Origin: Octopus sinensis
Lineage: Eukaryota
Direction of reading: 5' to 3'
DNA: 64,000 bases
Assembly (NCBI RefSeq): GCF_006345805.1
Contig: NC_043000.1
Span: 114,948,001 to 115,012,000, forward strand
Both the position numbers and the translations under genes were made by a program. This document shows, in pieces, positions 11,281 through 24,715 of this stretch. The stretch's first letter is position 1, and every line of letters starts with the position of its first letter. A model generated the notes under the pieces. That model did not search any database and was not told the origin of the DNA. It worked only from the letters and a program-made list of their open reading frames with translations.

Positions 11281-11579
11281 CAATGAAAAGCTACTGTTAA
11301 AGAGGTGATAGATGGTGGGGGTGCCTTGAGGAAAAAATTATGAGAAAGAACCCTGTTGTGCACACACACACGCACACACACACACACAGAGTGCTTCCAG
11401 AACTTAGTTTCATTAGGTTGAGCAGGGCTTCTCAAGATTCATATGTCACCACTCATCCTGATCTTTTGTCATCTCCTCCAAGAAGTTCAAAGTCCTAGAC
11501 CAGTCCTAAATTGTACTTCATATTCAAGTCTCTGATAAAGCTATAAAACTCTGTGTGTGTAGATATACATATATGTATA

Positions 11580-11610
<31 letters not shown>

Positions 11611-11635
11611 TCATATAAGTAGTTGATAGCTTTTG

Positions 11636-11795
11636 TTATCTAGGTGACCAAATTAGTAGCAGGGGTGGATGCTCTGAGAGTGTAGCTGCTAGAATAAGAA
11701 TATCTTCACTTGTAACAAAGAGCCTCTCAGTCAGAGTGAAAGGTAGACTGTATGATGCATGTGTTGCAAAAAGCAATGCTATATGGCAGTGAAAC
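11636..11795 (+). mobile_element. RTE LINE RT fragment
   Basis: YLGDQISSRGGCSESVAARIRI...VKGRLYDAC...AMLYGSET. Confidence 0.75.
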
Positions 11796-11825
11796 AAGTA
11801 AAAGATAAAAGGTTTACATAAGAAA

Positions 11826-12216
11826 ACTACCAGCATCGCCCGGCGTTGCTCGAGTTTGTTTTAACCATATAGAATTGGAATTTTTGAAAAGTAAAAATTT
11901 TGCATTATGTAGCTTGTTATTCTCTTTAAGTGAACATTTTTCTTGTTGAAATACACCGGAAAATGGCGACACAGCAGTCAAAAAATCATTAAAAATAGGG
12001 ATTTTCATAGAAAAAAAACACCTTTTTGATGTAAATAATTTTTGGTGTTAACATGGTCTGATTTGAACTTTTTTTTCTACGGAAGGAAGAGCAAGCCTTC
12101 TATCATACTCTCAATTTTGGTCAACTTGTGCCGCAGGGTCTCGGAGGAGATAGTGTTAGTTGAAGACTACCAAACCTGCCATATACAGACAACTTCAGCT
12201 TTATGTATATAGAGAT
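11826..12216 (-). mobile_element. Non-autonomous Helitron
   Basis: On the minus strand: 5'-TC start, subterminal CCCG..CGGG-type hairpin and CTAG-like end; three copies in the window. Confidence 0.75.
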
Positions 12217-12335
12217 TAGCCCAGGTGAGATACATTTTGGTTTTGTGCAAGGGAGGAGGGGGGAGCATTACTAATGGTAGCTTCCTAGTGAGACAACTGC
12301 AGGAGAAGCGTTTACCAAAAGATTAAACCTCCATA

Positions 12336-12722
12336 CAGTAGAACCTCACAGTATGAGTGCCCCATTGTATGAGTAATCTGTTGAACGAGCTGATTCTCAT
12401 GCAAATTTTTGTGTTGAAGTACGAGCAGAAATCCGCAGTACGAGCACACAAATCATCCCATCTTTAAGGTAATTCAGTTAATAAAACCAGTTTACATATT
12501 TCTTTTGAATTCTCTTTTTTATAATTGTCATTTTACTTGTAACTACACCTTTTCTGTTTTAAAACCATAAAAAATTATTTTTGAATGGTTTGGGTGAGGA
12601 GCTGGAACAGATTAATTATATTTTAGTTAATTTCAATGGGAAAAATTGATTTGTAAAACGAGTAAATCATAAGACAAGTTTGGTCATGGAAAGAATTAAA
12701 CTCATACTGCGAGGTATCACTG
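12336..12722. mobile_element. pogo/Tigger-like MITE
   Basis: TA-CAGTAGAACCTC ... GAGGTATCACTG terminal inverted repeats. Confidence 0.6.
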
Positions 12723-12727
12723 AACTA

Positions 12728-13053
12728 GGTTTTTATCAAAATGGAGAAAGCTTTTGACAGGGTCCTCCACTCACTTATCTTGTTGTCTATGTGGAAGCTA
12801 GGGATTGATGAGTGGCTGGTGAGAGTTGTACAAGCCATGTAGAAGGATGTTGTCAATAAAATGGTAGTATAGCTGTGAATTTAGTGTGGAGATAGGAGTT
12901 CATCAAAGATCAATTCTTGGGCTATTCTTGCTTATCATAGTCTTCCAGGCCATAACAGAGGAATTTAAGGTTGGTTGCTCTTTGGAACTCCGCTCTGCTG
13001 ATGATCTCGTTCTTATCGTTGAATCTCTACTACAATTAGAGAAGAAATTTCGG
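12728..13053 (+). mobile_element. RTE LINE RT core fragment
   Basis: EKAFDRV...KLGIDEWLVRVVQAM...IGVHQRSILG..LFIIV.QAITEEFK..ADDLVL. Confidence 0.85.
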
Positions 13054-13524
13054 CTTTTATGCAACTCATACACATACCTCTAACGCACACTGGGGTGGAG
13101 GTGGGGGGAAAGAATTGACGTAACAGTGTAGTACAAAGCTTAGTTCCCCACCATGTGGTTCCAGGTTCAGTCCCACGGCACGGCATTTTTGGCAAGTGCC
13201 TTCTGCCATAGACCTAGGCTGACTTAAAGCTTCATGAGTGGATTTGGTAGACAGAAACTGAAAGAAGGGTTGTGTGTGTATATATGTAGGTATATATATA
13301 TATATTTCTTTACTACCCACAAGGGGCTAAACACAGAGGGGACAAACAAGGACAGACAAAGGGATTAAGTCGACTACATCGACCCCAGTGCGTAACTGGT
13401 ACTTAATTTATCGACCCCGAAAGGATGAAAGGCAAAGTCGACCTCGGCGGAATTTGAACTCGGAACGTAACGACAGACGAATTTCGCCCGGCGTGCTAAC
13501 GTTTCTACCAGCTCGCCACCTTAT

Positions 13525-13565
<41 letters not shown>

Positions 13566-14291
13566 TACTTTTTCACATATTTGTATATATGTATATATAA
13601 GTATATGTATGTATATATTTGTATATGTATGTATGTGTGTATGTATGTACATATATATATATGTATATATATGTATGCATGTATGTATGTATGTGTATAT
13701 ATATGTTTAATTTTCCCCTAACAGGTTCTATTTAAGTTATTTCTACCAACTCCTTTCATAATGCTATATCTATTAAATAGCGGCTAGCCTCTAACTTCTC
13801 ACCGCTGAAACATGGACCATACCATAAAACCCACCACACAACATATTACCTTCACTATACCCCTAATGGAAACATGATGTAAACCGCAGCCTATGGATAT
13901 ATATCTTCTGAGAGTGACTGTATTTACCTACAGCAGGATGGAATACCATGGATTATAACAATACCTTAAAAAGAAGGTCCTATATTGTCTTACCATGTCT
14001 CTTACATTACTTTACATTATTTTTGTTCCTATTTTTACCTATTTTACTTTTTCTTATTTTATTTTACCCTCCTCTAGTATTCTAACCGAATTTCCCACAT
14101 GTTAGTTTCCTAACATTTGTACTCTCTGAAGAAGCCTTGATGCTAAACCATTATCCAGTCTCTGTCCAATGTTTGTTCCTCCCTGTATATGACTGATGTG
14201 ATGAGGATGACTTGGAAGATTTTAAGGCCTCCTGGTAGAACTGGCCATAAAAAATTTGTATCTGTACCTCATCTATTATTAGTCATTCATT

Positions 14292-14317
<26 letters not shown>

Positions 14318-14322
<5 letters not shown>

Positions 14323-14712
14323 GAAGGTTTGAAAATGCAATTTTAAAAGATGCTTATTTACGTGACCGGTTTCACATTTTTAGAACAAGATTATCAAAAG
14401 TAACATGTAAAAGCTTTGTTGTGTTAGGTACTGGTTGTCCCAAAATATTACAATACATATATACATTCTTTGATAATAATAGGAACTTGTTAAAAACAGT
14501 TTACAAGGAAGAATCTTGGGAAAATATTAATATTTATTGTAATATTTTCCCAAGATTCTTCCTTGTAAACTGTTTTTAACATGTTCCTATTATTATCAAA
14601 GAATGTATATATGTATTGTAATATTTTGTGGCAACCAATACCTAACACAACAAAGCTTTTACATGTTACTTTTGACAATCTTTAAAATTGCTTTTTCAAA
14701 CCTTCTTTTATG
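14318..14712. repeat. ~395-bp fold-back palindrome bounded by (TA)n
   Basis: Arms GAAGGTTTGAAA...GGGAAAATATTA / TAATATTTTCCC...TTTCAAACCTTC. Confidence 0.85.
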
Positions 14713-15199
14713 TATATTTCCACTCATGCGGTACCTTACAACTTCACTTTGTTATATATATATATATATATTTATATGTATGTATGATGTATACATAGCT
14801 CCAATCTGATCTGGCAAAATTTCTCCTGCTGGATGCCCTCCCTAACGTATACATATATGTATGATATATGTTATCCCATGGTGGGTTGAATTTTTCAACC
14901 CCTATCTCATTTTATAATATATATATATATATATATATTATATGTATATGTATATATATGTGTGTGTGTGTGTGTGATCATTATCATTGTTTAACGTCCG
15001 CTTTCCATGCTGTCATGGATTGAACAGTTTGACTGAGGACTGGCAAGCCAGGATGCTGAACCAGGCTGCACTGGTATTGACCACATTCAAACGGTACTTT
15101 TTACTAGCCACCAGCCCTGGCATCGGCCATGCTCAAATGTTGCTTTTTGCATACCATTGGCACAGGTGCCAGTCAGGCAGCACTGGAATCGGCCACAAA

Positions 15200-15600
15200 A
15201 CAACTTCAGTTGACTCAACAGGTCTTCTGAAGCACAGAATATTGCCCAATTATTGAAGAGTACTTGTAAATAGGCTGATTATGTGACACTGGCATTAGCC
15301 ACAGCTCCAATATCACTTACTTGCTGGGTCTTCTCAAACACGGCATATTCCCAAAGGTCTCAGTCACTTGTCATTGCATCTGTGAGGCCCAATGTTCAAT
15401 GGTCATGCTTTACCACTTCATCGCAGGTCTTTCTGGGTCTTCCACAGGTTCCCTTCACTATTAGCGTGTGACACTTCTCCTCACAGCTCTCCTCATCCAT
15501 ACACAACACATGACCATACCTGTGCATTCATCTCACTTGCACACATCTGATGTTTCTTATGTCCAACTTTTCTTTCAGGATGCTCACACTCTATCATGTA
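15200..15600 (-). mobile_element. RTE LINE 3' end
   Basis: GEP.GRPRKTCDEVVK.D-like C-terminus followed by the GAGAAGACCCAGCAAG 3' segment. Confidence 0.65.
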
Positions 15601-15601
15601 T

Positions 15602-15637
<36 letters not shown>

Positions 15638-17340
15638 CTGCAGACATCTACTTTTCTACTCTAGGCACAAGGCCTGAAAATTCGGTGAGGGGGCCAGTCG
15701 ATTAGATCGAACCCAGTACGCAACTGGTACTTAATTTATTGACACCGAAAGGATGAAAGGCAAAATTTGAACTCAGCAGAATCTAAACTCAGAACGTAGC
15801 GACAGACGAAATACCTATTTCTTTACTACCCACAAGGGGCTAAACATAGAGGGGACAAACAAAGACAGACAAACGGATTAAGTCGATTATATCGACCCCA
15901 GTGCGTAACTGGTACTTATTTAATCGACCTTGGAAAGATGAAAGGCAAAGTCGACCTCAGCGGAATTTGATCTCAGAACTCAGCATTTCACCCGGCTTGC
16001 GAACGTTTCTGCCAGCTCTGAGTTTGATGAGTTGTGTATAATGCTAAGCACTTTATGGACAAGAAACCATTGGTCACTCTATGACTGGACGTATATTTAA
16101 CTGCATGTATGTAATGTATATATATATATATATATACATACATCATCCACACCAGCATGGAAGGCAGACGTTAATGATGATGTGTGTGTGTGTGTGTGCA
16201 TGTGTGTATACACAGACAGATAAAACTAAGTTGATAATCAAAATGTCCATAATGAACAGACATATTTTGTTTATTTAAAGATTAAACAGTAACACATAAT
16301 CAGTAAATATACAATCATAACAATAATATTATCTTAGTTGCTAAACATGTAAACTATTTAATCTTACCTGTGGTTACTGATTAAATGTAAAGGAATTATT
16401 TAATGGTGGTGGTGGTGGCGGCAGCACAGAGTGTTCAGGTGAAGTGACTCTTCTTATGACTTAGGTGCGCTCAATAAAATGATAATGATTGTAGTCTATA
16501 CACACATATACACACACAGGTTTGTGTGTGCATAAATATATCGGCACATACCTGTGTCTGTGTGCGCGAGTGTATATATATATAATTATAGATTAGGTTA
16601 TCTACGAGATACCACCATGCTGAAAATAGCAGCCATGAACCAACTCATTTTGAGCATGGTGGTATCTAGTAGATACCCTAATTTATAATTTTAATAATTA
16701 TTACCTTTGAAGGTTATTTTTTCCATGCTGACGACTTGATAAGTTCGTTATTTTATTCTAAATTAACGATCTTATCCTTATATATATATATATATATTAT
16801 ATATATATATATATATATAGTAATAAGAAAATGGAGGGGATCAATAGGTGGTATTCATCAACTTTTAGACATTATATTATGTCTATTTATTTATTTTGAA
16901 CAATTCTGAGAATATATATACATGTATATAAAATTAAATAATAAGGGTAGAAATTGATGTTAATCAATTAAAACCAGTGGCTAAACATATTTAAAAATCC
17001 GAAGATTTAAAATTGTGTTACATACAAAATTAAGAGGAATGACCACTAAAGTGGACACCCTATATGCTAAACATAGATGTCGAATCACCATTACCACGAA
17101 GGATGTGTTCTCAAGAAAAAAATCTCAGCAAAACACCAAAATGTAAAAACGAGCAAGACAAATGAAAACATACGAAATAAAACTATGCTCATTTTTACAT
17201 TTTGGCATTTTGCTGAGATTTTTTTCTTGAAAACACATTCTTCGTGGTAATGGCAATTTAACCTCTATGTTTAGCATATAGGGTGTCCACTTTAGTGGTC
17301 ATTCCTCTTAATTTTGTATACATGTGTATATATATATATA

Positions 17341-17565
17341 TCACCGTGATCACTGTGACCGACCAGGCTATCAGATGTTGCTACACATTGCTGGTCACAA
17401 TGTTTTAGCCTTCAAATGACGCCACCCCGCTGGCTAAGCGAGCAGGCCAACAGAAGAAAGAGTGAGAGAAAGTTGTGGCGAAAGAGTACAGCTGGGATCG
17501 CCACCACCCCCTGCCGTACAACCATGAGTCCACTGCCCTAACCACTGGGCCATTGCGCCTCCACA
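17341..17565 (-). mobile_element. tRNA-head SINE family D
   Basis: GGCGCAATGGCCCAGTGGTTAGGGCAGTGGACTC head; central CTCTTTCGCCACAACTTTCTCTCACTC shared with 30118-30425. Confidence 0.7.
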
Positions 17566-17882
17566 CACACATATATACATATATATATATATAATATATA
17601 TACATGTATATATATTCTCAGAATTGTTCAAAAGAAATAAATAGAAATAATATAATGTCTAAAAGATGATGAATACTACCTCTTAATCCCCTCCATTTTC
17701 TTCTTGCTGTATAAATTAAGGGTAAAACCACTAGTTACACTCGCCCATTTATTACACTCAGTAGTGTAGTTGCCATGCAATAACCAACACTTGTGTATTA
17801 ATAATTGGGTATTCTACCAGCAGTGTATTGGATAGATACTATCCCTTAGTTGGTTGGATTCACAACCTCTAACTCTCTTTGA

Positions 17883-17915
<33 letters not shown>

Positions 17916-18184
17916 TACATATATACATACATTCATACAAGATAGGGTGCAGAAAAGTTCTTAGCTTTGGGTAAAAGAAGGAGGCTCAGTTAATTATGAT
18001 TTTGTCCGATATTTTCTCCTCTTTGTTTCACACACTTATTGCAGTGGCCCTTCAATTTTTGTAAGCCCTGTAAAAGAACTCAAAATGTTGGGCGTCCAGC
18101 CAGGCTTTTCACAATACCCTTAAAGCCAGGATCTTTACAGCACCTCTTCATATATATATATATATATATATAAAGTGAAAAAGT

Positions 18185-18220
18185 CTTTTATGTTTCAAGC
18201 CTACGCTCTTCAATAGAAAG
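18185..18220 (-). ncRNA. Degenerate A6U-family hammerhead motif
   Basis: CTTT-CTATTGA-A-GAGC(GTAG)GCTT-GAAA-CA-TA-AAAG. Confidence 0.5.
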
Positions 18221-18296
18221 GAACATGAGGAAATAAACAAAGAAAGAAAAAAAAACTTGTGGATTCTGTGATCAATCATGGTAACTATATATATAC

Positions 18297-18495
18297 GTGC
18301 GGGTGGCACGTAAAAAGCACCCACTACACTCACGGAGTGGTTGGCGTTAGGAAGGGCATCCAGCCGTAGAAACACTGCCAGATTTGACTGGGCCTGATGA
18401 AGCCTTCTGGCTTCACAGACCCCAGTAGAACCGTCCAACCCATGCTAGCATGGAAAACGGACGCTAAATGATGATGATGATGATGATGATGATGA
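18297..18495 (+). mobile_element. GGAAGGGCATCC-family SINE/RTE tail
   Basis: Close match to 2266-2446. Confidence 0.8.
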
Positions 18496-19154
18496 TATGT
18501 ATATATATATACACACACATATACTAACTTAATGTTAACAAAAGTTGGGATGCATGACGTTCAGTTATTCCATAAATGAAAAATACATTAAATACTACAA
18601 AATGTACAGATAGGACAGACACCAGGGCCCTAATCCTTCATCAGTTATCAACCGAAAATACCTAGTTTCATGCCTTTAATGATAAGACTAGGAACTTCGT
18701 ATATTGGTGGCACCTGCAAGATTTGCGGAGAATTAGGACTTGAACAAACAAATTAATACAGAGTGGACATATGAAAGTAAACCATGGTAATTTGAAATGA
18801 TAGACAAAGACAATAAATAATTATAGCCATGGGGCCAAACACGAAAATGATGGATTAATGCCTGGGAGAAACCTCAAATGGATGTAAAGAACAGAACTGA
18901 GAAGAAAAAAAAGAAGAGAAAAAATTATATATAGAGAGTGTTCAAAAAGTCTCTCCGCAGTATTTTATTGCAAAATAAATATTTATAAGATGGTAAAAGG
19001 CTACAAAAGAATATATTAGACTTTACAAGACTTTAAAAATTCACTGCGGAGAGACTTTTTGAACACCCTGTGTGTATGTATATGTATGTATGTATGTATG
19101 CATGCACACACATATACAAACACATATATACACACACACATATATATGAACATA

Positions 19155-19375
19155 CAGGGCAACCCAAAAGTAGGTTTACAGTTGTCATGTAGGCACCTTA
19201 AATTTTTTTTAAAACGTCTAATTCCATTCAAATTTCTATATTACAACTAACTAAATTAGCATAGAATAATGGTTTCATTTTTTTTTTTTTTTTTTATAAT
19301 TAAGGTCTAAACTGTTAATTTTTGAATGTGAAAGAGATAATTGAATAACTGTAAACCTACTTTTGGGCTACCCTG
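19155..19375. mobile_element. Tc1/mariner-type MITE
   Basis: TA-flanked TIRs CAGGGCAACCCAAAAGTAGGTTTACAGTT / AACTGTAAACCTACTTTTGGGCTACCCTG. Confidence 0.8.
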
Positions 19376-20132
19376 TATATGAACTACTGCCATCATTCAC
19401 AATTTTTGATTACTTGATGTTGATATATTCAATGGTATAAGGTGGTGGGATGGCAGAATCATTGGAGCACTTGTCAAAGTGCTGAGTGACATTTTGTACA
19501 TCTCTATGTTCTGTGTTCAAATTCTGCCATGGTTGACTTTGCCTTTTATCCTTTTATCAATATCATAAGTACCAGTTGAACCCTGGTGTCAATGTAATTG
19601 ACTTACCCCATCCCCTGAATTTGCTGGCCTCATGCCAAAATTTGAAATCAAAAAATATATATATATAATTTTATTTGTTAGGGAATAAAAATTCCGGCAT
19701 AACAGGGGTTCAAATTATTCTCAATGAGGAAATATATATTTTATCATTTAGAAACTGTAGGCCCCTTCATCTTACCATATAAAAGAATTTTAATTTAAAT
19801 ACTTACTACTTTATAACTTGGCTACACGTGTTTCATGAGGTACATTTCCCATTTCCTCAACCTTGCCGTGTTTAGCTGGAACCATTCTTAAAATATAACC
19901 CCAATCATCAGGCCCCTAATATCACTTTCTCATAGTTTGATACTATAAAATATATTTTAATTTAAACAAATAAGTATGTGTAAAATAGGTTCGCCATAAT
20001 TTAATTCAAATAAAAAATTCAAAAATAAAATAAAAAATAAAGATGAGAAAATACGAATAAAAATTAAAATTTACAAAAATTATGTTCTTAAGTAACTTAT
20101 GTCTATAAATATAAAATTCATAATATAAAATT

Positions 20133-20494
20133 TACATTATTACATTATTGACAATTAACGGATATTTGTCCTCATCTTGTTTGTTGTTAACACAACATTT
20201 CTACTGATATATCCTCCAGCCTTCATCAGGTGTCTTGGGGAAATTTCAAACTTGAGTTCTCATTCCTAAGGTATTTTTTGATGTTATTATTATTATTATT
20301 TTTATCATCATCACCATCATCATTATTCAGGTCACTGCCTGGAATTGAATTCAGAATTTTGGAGTTAGTAGCCCATGCTCTTAACAAATACGCCATATAC
20401 CCGTGGGCATAGTGGTTAAGAACGCGAGCTACTAACCCCAAGATTCCAAGTTCAATTCCAGGCAGTGACCTGAATAATAATAATAATAATAATA
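20133..20494. mobile_element. Second head-to-head tRNA-SINE/hammerhead element (right arm truncated)
   Basis: Two tRNA-like heads joined at CCC-GT-GGG (20400-20407); HHR motif at 20189-20234 (-). Confidence 0.8.
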
Positions 20495-20651
20495 CATGTC
20501 GATGTCCAGTGAGGAGAGACATTTAGGCCAGTTTTGTTTGAGGATCTCTTTCTCAATTTGTTTTCAGTTTGCCTTATACACATGTAAACATACATATATA
20601 TACACATACACACACACACATATACATATATACATACATATATAGATAGAG

Positions 20652-20701
<50 letters not shown>

Positions 20702-20715
20702 CGATAGATATATGT

Positions 20716-21206
20716 ATAGTGAAACTTAAAAGTGAAACAATGCAATAAGGGCTATAAATGAAATGAACCCGAACTCAGCTACTGGTCCTGATGGATTCCC
20801 AGCAATCCTTCTAAAAGCATGTGAGTGAGTCCTAGGCAGCTTCTTCATAATCAGAAACCATGTTGGGTGTCAGTCAGCAAGTCGTTTTCCTCAAGGAAGG
20901 TGATTAGTTTTCTTCTGACTATTCGTTCCATGACCTTGCTTATGTGCAAGGTCAGAGAGATAGGTCTGTAGTTTTTGGCCTCTGCTACCTCTTCTTTGAA
21001 TAGGGCATATTTTACCCTCCTCCAGCTTGCTTGGAAGTTTGCGAGTTGTGAGGAAGCTCTGAAAGAGGAACCGCAGTGGTCTTGCTAGGACTCACTTCCA
21101 TGCTTTTAGAAGGGTTACTGGGAAACCATCAGGACCAGTAGCTGAATTCAGGTTCATATCATCTATAGCCCTTATTACATTGTTTCACTTTTAATAGTTT
21201 CACTAT
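20716..21206. mobile_element. CR1/L2-type RT fragment folded into an inverted duplication
   Basis: Minus strand encodes MNLNSATGPDGFP..LLKA...KNYRPISLT.HISKVMERIV...LTDTQHGF; arms 20716-20835 and 21085-21206. Confidence 0.8.
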
Positions 21207-21251
21207 CTATCTATCTATCTATCTATCTATCTCTCTCTCTCTCTCTCTCTC

Positions 21252-21288
<37 letters not shown>

Positions 21289-22321
21289 TTCACTGTTGAT
21301 ATAATATAGACACATGTCAAGAATTGTCTCCTGTGCTTATATTTATACAATTTATTTTGTATTTTCAATTCATTGACAATACTGTTGTTCGTCAGATCTT
21401 TCTTAGTCACTGCTTTACTTTATGTTTGACAATGCAAGTGACAAGGGAGTGTCTCTAACTCAATCCTGAACATTCATTATAAACGGCTTACTTCAAATAA
21501 CACTGGCATGTCAAATTTCTGGGTGATGTACAATGATGAAAATATACACATACATGTGTGTGTGTATGTGAGAGAAAGAGAAAGAACCTTTATGCCTGCT
21601 CATGTGTGCGCACACGTGTGTCTTTGGCTGTTGCCAGATGTCACAGTTTCCTTGGGCCACATCTTAAGAGGGAGTCATTGGATAATGCAGTTTTAAATAA
21701 GAAGTGGTAGGGCATAACTGGAACGTTTTTGATCATAGGTCAACAGACTTACTATTATGTCTCCCTTCTTTCTCTCTCTCTCTCTCTGTATGTGTATATG
21801 CATACATACATACATGCATGCATACATGTATACATACATACATACATACATGTATGTGGGTGCAGATTTGTATGTATTGAAATAGAGGGAATGATAGCTA
21901 CTTAATGATTGCTCCATCTTCACAGATAACTGATATCTGTTTCTTATTGTCAATGACATTCCTGACTTTCCGTCAATGACCTCTCAGATAACTATTCAGT
22001 CCCTCAGCAGATATGCATGGCTTGAAGCATAAGTGACAGATGAAAGTTACAACTTATTCTGCCATACAGTTCTATATTCAAGAGATGAGGAATTATGTAC
22101 ATTATTTACATTTGACGGATATTTGTGTTAACAACAAACAAGATGAGGACAAATATCTGTCAAATGTAAATAATGTGAATAATTACTCTGCCATTTCAAC
22201 TAGTTTGGTCTGTATACGTTGCCATTCTTCCATCACTATAGGACTTTCTGTAGTTGGAATGACAGATGGGGTCACCTTAAAAGAGACATCTCTATGTCAT
22301 TCAATTACAGCGATAAACTCA

Positions 22322-22590
22322 TTTCTTTTCACTTTGACCGGCAGATTTTAAAAATAATTTCTTTGTAACTAAACACTTTTAAACTTCTGTATACTGGTAG
22401 AATGTGTTACATAAAACAAATTGCCGAAATGCAAGAAATTTAACGAATAGCTTACAAACTACAGAATTTTCTCAAGAAAGCCAAGAGAAAAAGATGTTTT
22501 ATTAAACACATTAAACCAATATACGAAGTTTAAAAGTGTTTAGTTACAAAGAAATTATTTTTTAAATCTGCCGCTCAAAGTGAAAAGATC
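22322..22590. mobile_element. Palindromic MITE
   Basis: TIR TCTTTTCACTTTGACCGGCAGATTT / AAATCTGCCGCTCAAAGTGAAAAGA; a half copy lies at 44503-44680. Confidence 0.7.
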
Positions 22591-24354
22591 CATAAACTCT
22601 TCTACAGCACAAGTACTGCTCTCTCAATCTCTGTGTTTGTACTTAATGACAGACCAATGTGAGATGACCAATACTCATGTGAAACCACAGGTTTTACATG
22701 AAGAGCTTACTTTCAAAATCAGACATATATGCAACAAGATGACTTTTGAATAATTGAGGGCAATAACAACTTGAATATATCTGTCTATGTGGCATCTATC
22801 CCAGTTTGACTGAAAAAAATTCCACGTGCATGAAGCCAGCAGCTTGCAGATTGTATTTTAATGGTGATCATGAAATCGGCCAAATATGCATATGCACTTC
22901 TACTGGTTTTGAAAGTAAGCTAAGTGTCCCTTTATTAGAAGGATGTTGTGACGGCAGCAAGGGTTCTCTCACTCCCAATGGTTTTACTGTATGCTCTGAC
23001 ACCAAATAAGGGTATTTCTGCATCCCTGTACTCAGATGCTTGTTAACTCATAGTTGGGACTCTGATTGGTGCTAGTATTCTGGATCAGAACAGTAAGTGG
23101 CTAAGAGGGGGTTTCATACTCTTCGAAACATGGAGCTCTTGAGCGTGAACCCCACTACCGGGTCAGATTAAAGTCATACACATGTATATGTATATATGTA
23201 TGTACATATACATGTGTATATCTGTATGTATGTATGTGTGTATGTATGTATGAATGAATGTACGTATGCCTGTATGTATGTATGTGTGTATGTATGTATA
23301 TTTATATGTGTGTATGAATGTACATATGCATGCATACATGCATGTATGTATTTATGTATATGTGTATGCATGTATATATATGTATGTACGTATGTATGTA
23401 TGCATGTATATATGTATGTACGTATGTATGTATGTATGTATGCATGCATGCATGTATCTAGAGATAGAGAGAAGTGGGTAGCTACATTCATACACTTATA
23501 CACACAAAATTGTCCTACCTCACACTTTTACAGTGCAAATATTAATACTACGTATTTTCACTCGCAGGAATGTAGGCAGTGATTTTAATATACAATACAC
23601 TTTATTGAACATAGACGACAGAGTGAGTTTCCTTGTGGTGCGAAAGTGTATGAGTACCGTTTCATGTTCGTTATTTTGTAATCCCTTGTTTTACTTTCCA
23701 GCAAATATCATGGGCCCTGCGTTCTTCTTACAACAAGTAGCTGATATGGTGGGCTGGCTAAATCAACTTCGACTTATTTCTGCTACAAAATATGTTATCC
23801 AATCCACTAGGTTGATATTCAAAGTCGACCAGGATAAGATTTGAACTTGGAACGTAGACAAAATTCTTTCATGGTCAATGCAATTTTTTTTTTCTGAGTA
23901 TGAAGGGAGATAACTACAGTTGTAATTATCTCCCTTGGTTTAACACCTACTATCGGGCATCGAAGTTCTCGTGAACAGGGAAACAAATAGTACTTAGCTC
24001 CGTTCAGGAAAATGGCCCACGATATGTGGGAAAGATGGAGATAGAAATTTCGTGCGGTGTACTCAATGCAAGTTATGAACACAAGAGGTGCAGCGGAATC
24101 ACGGAAAGGTTGAGAAAAAGAAAAGTTTGTATGCGTCAAAGCAACAGATAAATTTAACTCTAAGAACGCGGGAAATAGATTTTTTGGAATAGCCAGCAGA
24201 TTTCCTTTCAGAGAGTAAATAGTTTGTTATCTAAGTGACCCGATTAGCAGTGGAAGGAAATGTTATGGAAATATAGTTGTTAGAATAAACATAGAATGGA
24301 GAGAGTTCAGAGAGATATTACCTCTCTTTCCCTTTCTTTCTCTCTCTCTCTTCA

Positions 24355-24715
24355 AGCAAAAGACAAATTATCTGATGATTGTGCACAAACAACAATGCTA
24401 TATGGTAGTGAGATGCAGGCCCTGAATGCAGAGGGTACTGAAATACTAAAAAGAAATGAATCTCGTCTGCTTCATTGGATATACAACAAAGTGCCAATGT
24501 ATATAGAGAAAAAAAATAGGCCTAAGATGAATTAGATGTATTGTGCCAAGGAGAAGACTGTGCTGGTATTGTGATGTATATGTATGAATAAGCTGTATGC
24601 AGAAGTGTCAATCATTTAAAGTGGTTGGAACTTAAGAAACAGGAGGACCCAAGAAGATGTGGAATGAAGAACTGATCTCAAGGCTGATCTCAAGATGTTG
24701 AACCTAACACGAATG
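24355..24715 (+). mobile_element. Degenerate RTE LINE C-terminal fragment
   Basis: TMLYGSEM.ALN....LKRNESRLLHWI...GGPKKMWNE. Confidence 0.6.

Noticed and set aside
14120-14250. CTGAAGAAGCC...GAACTGGCCA possible long hammerhead
   Set aside because: No convincing stem II or intact GAAA.
18625-18650. Minus-strand CTGATGAAGG
   Set aside because: Not followed by a GAAA core.
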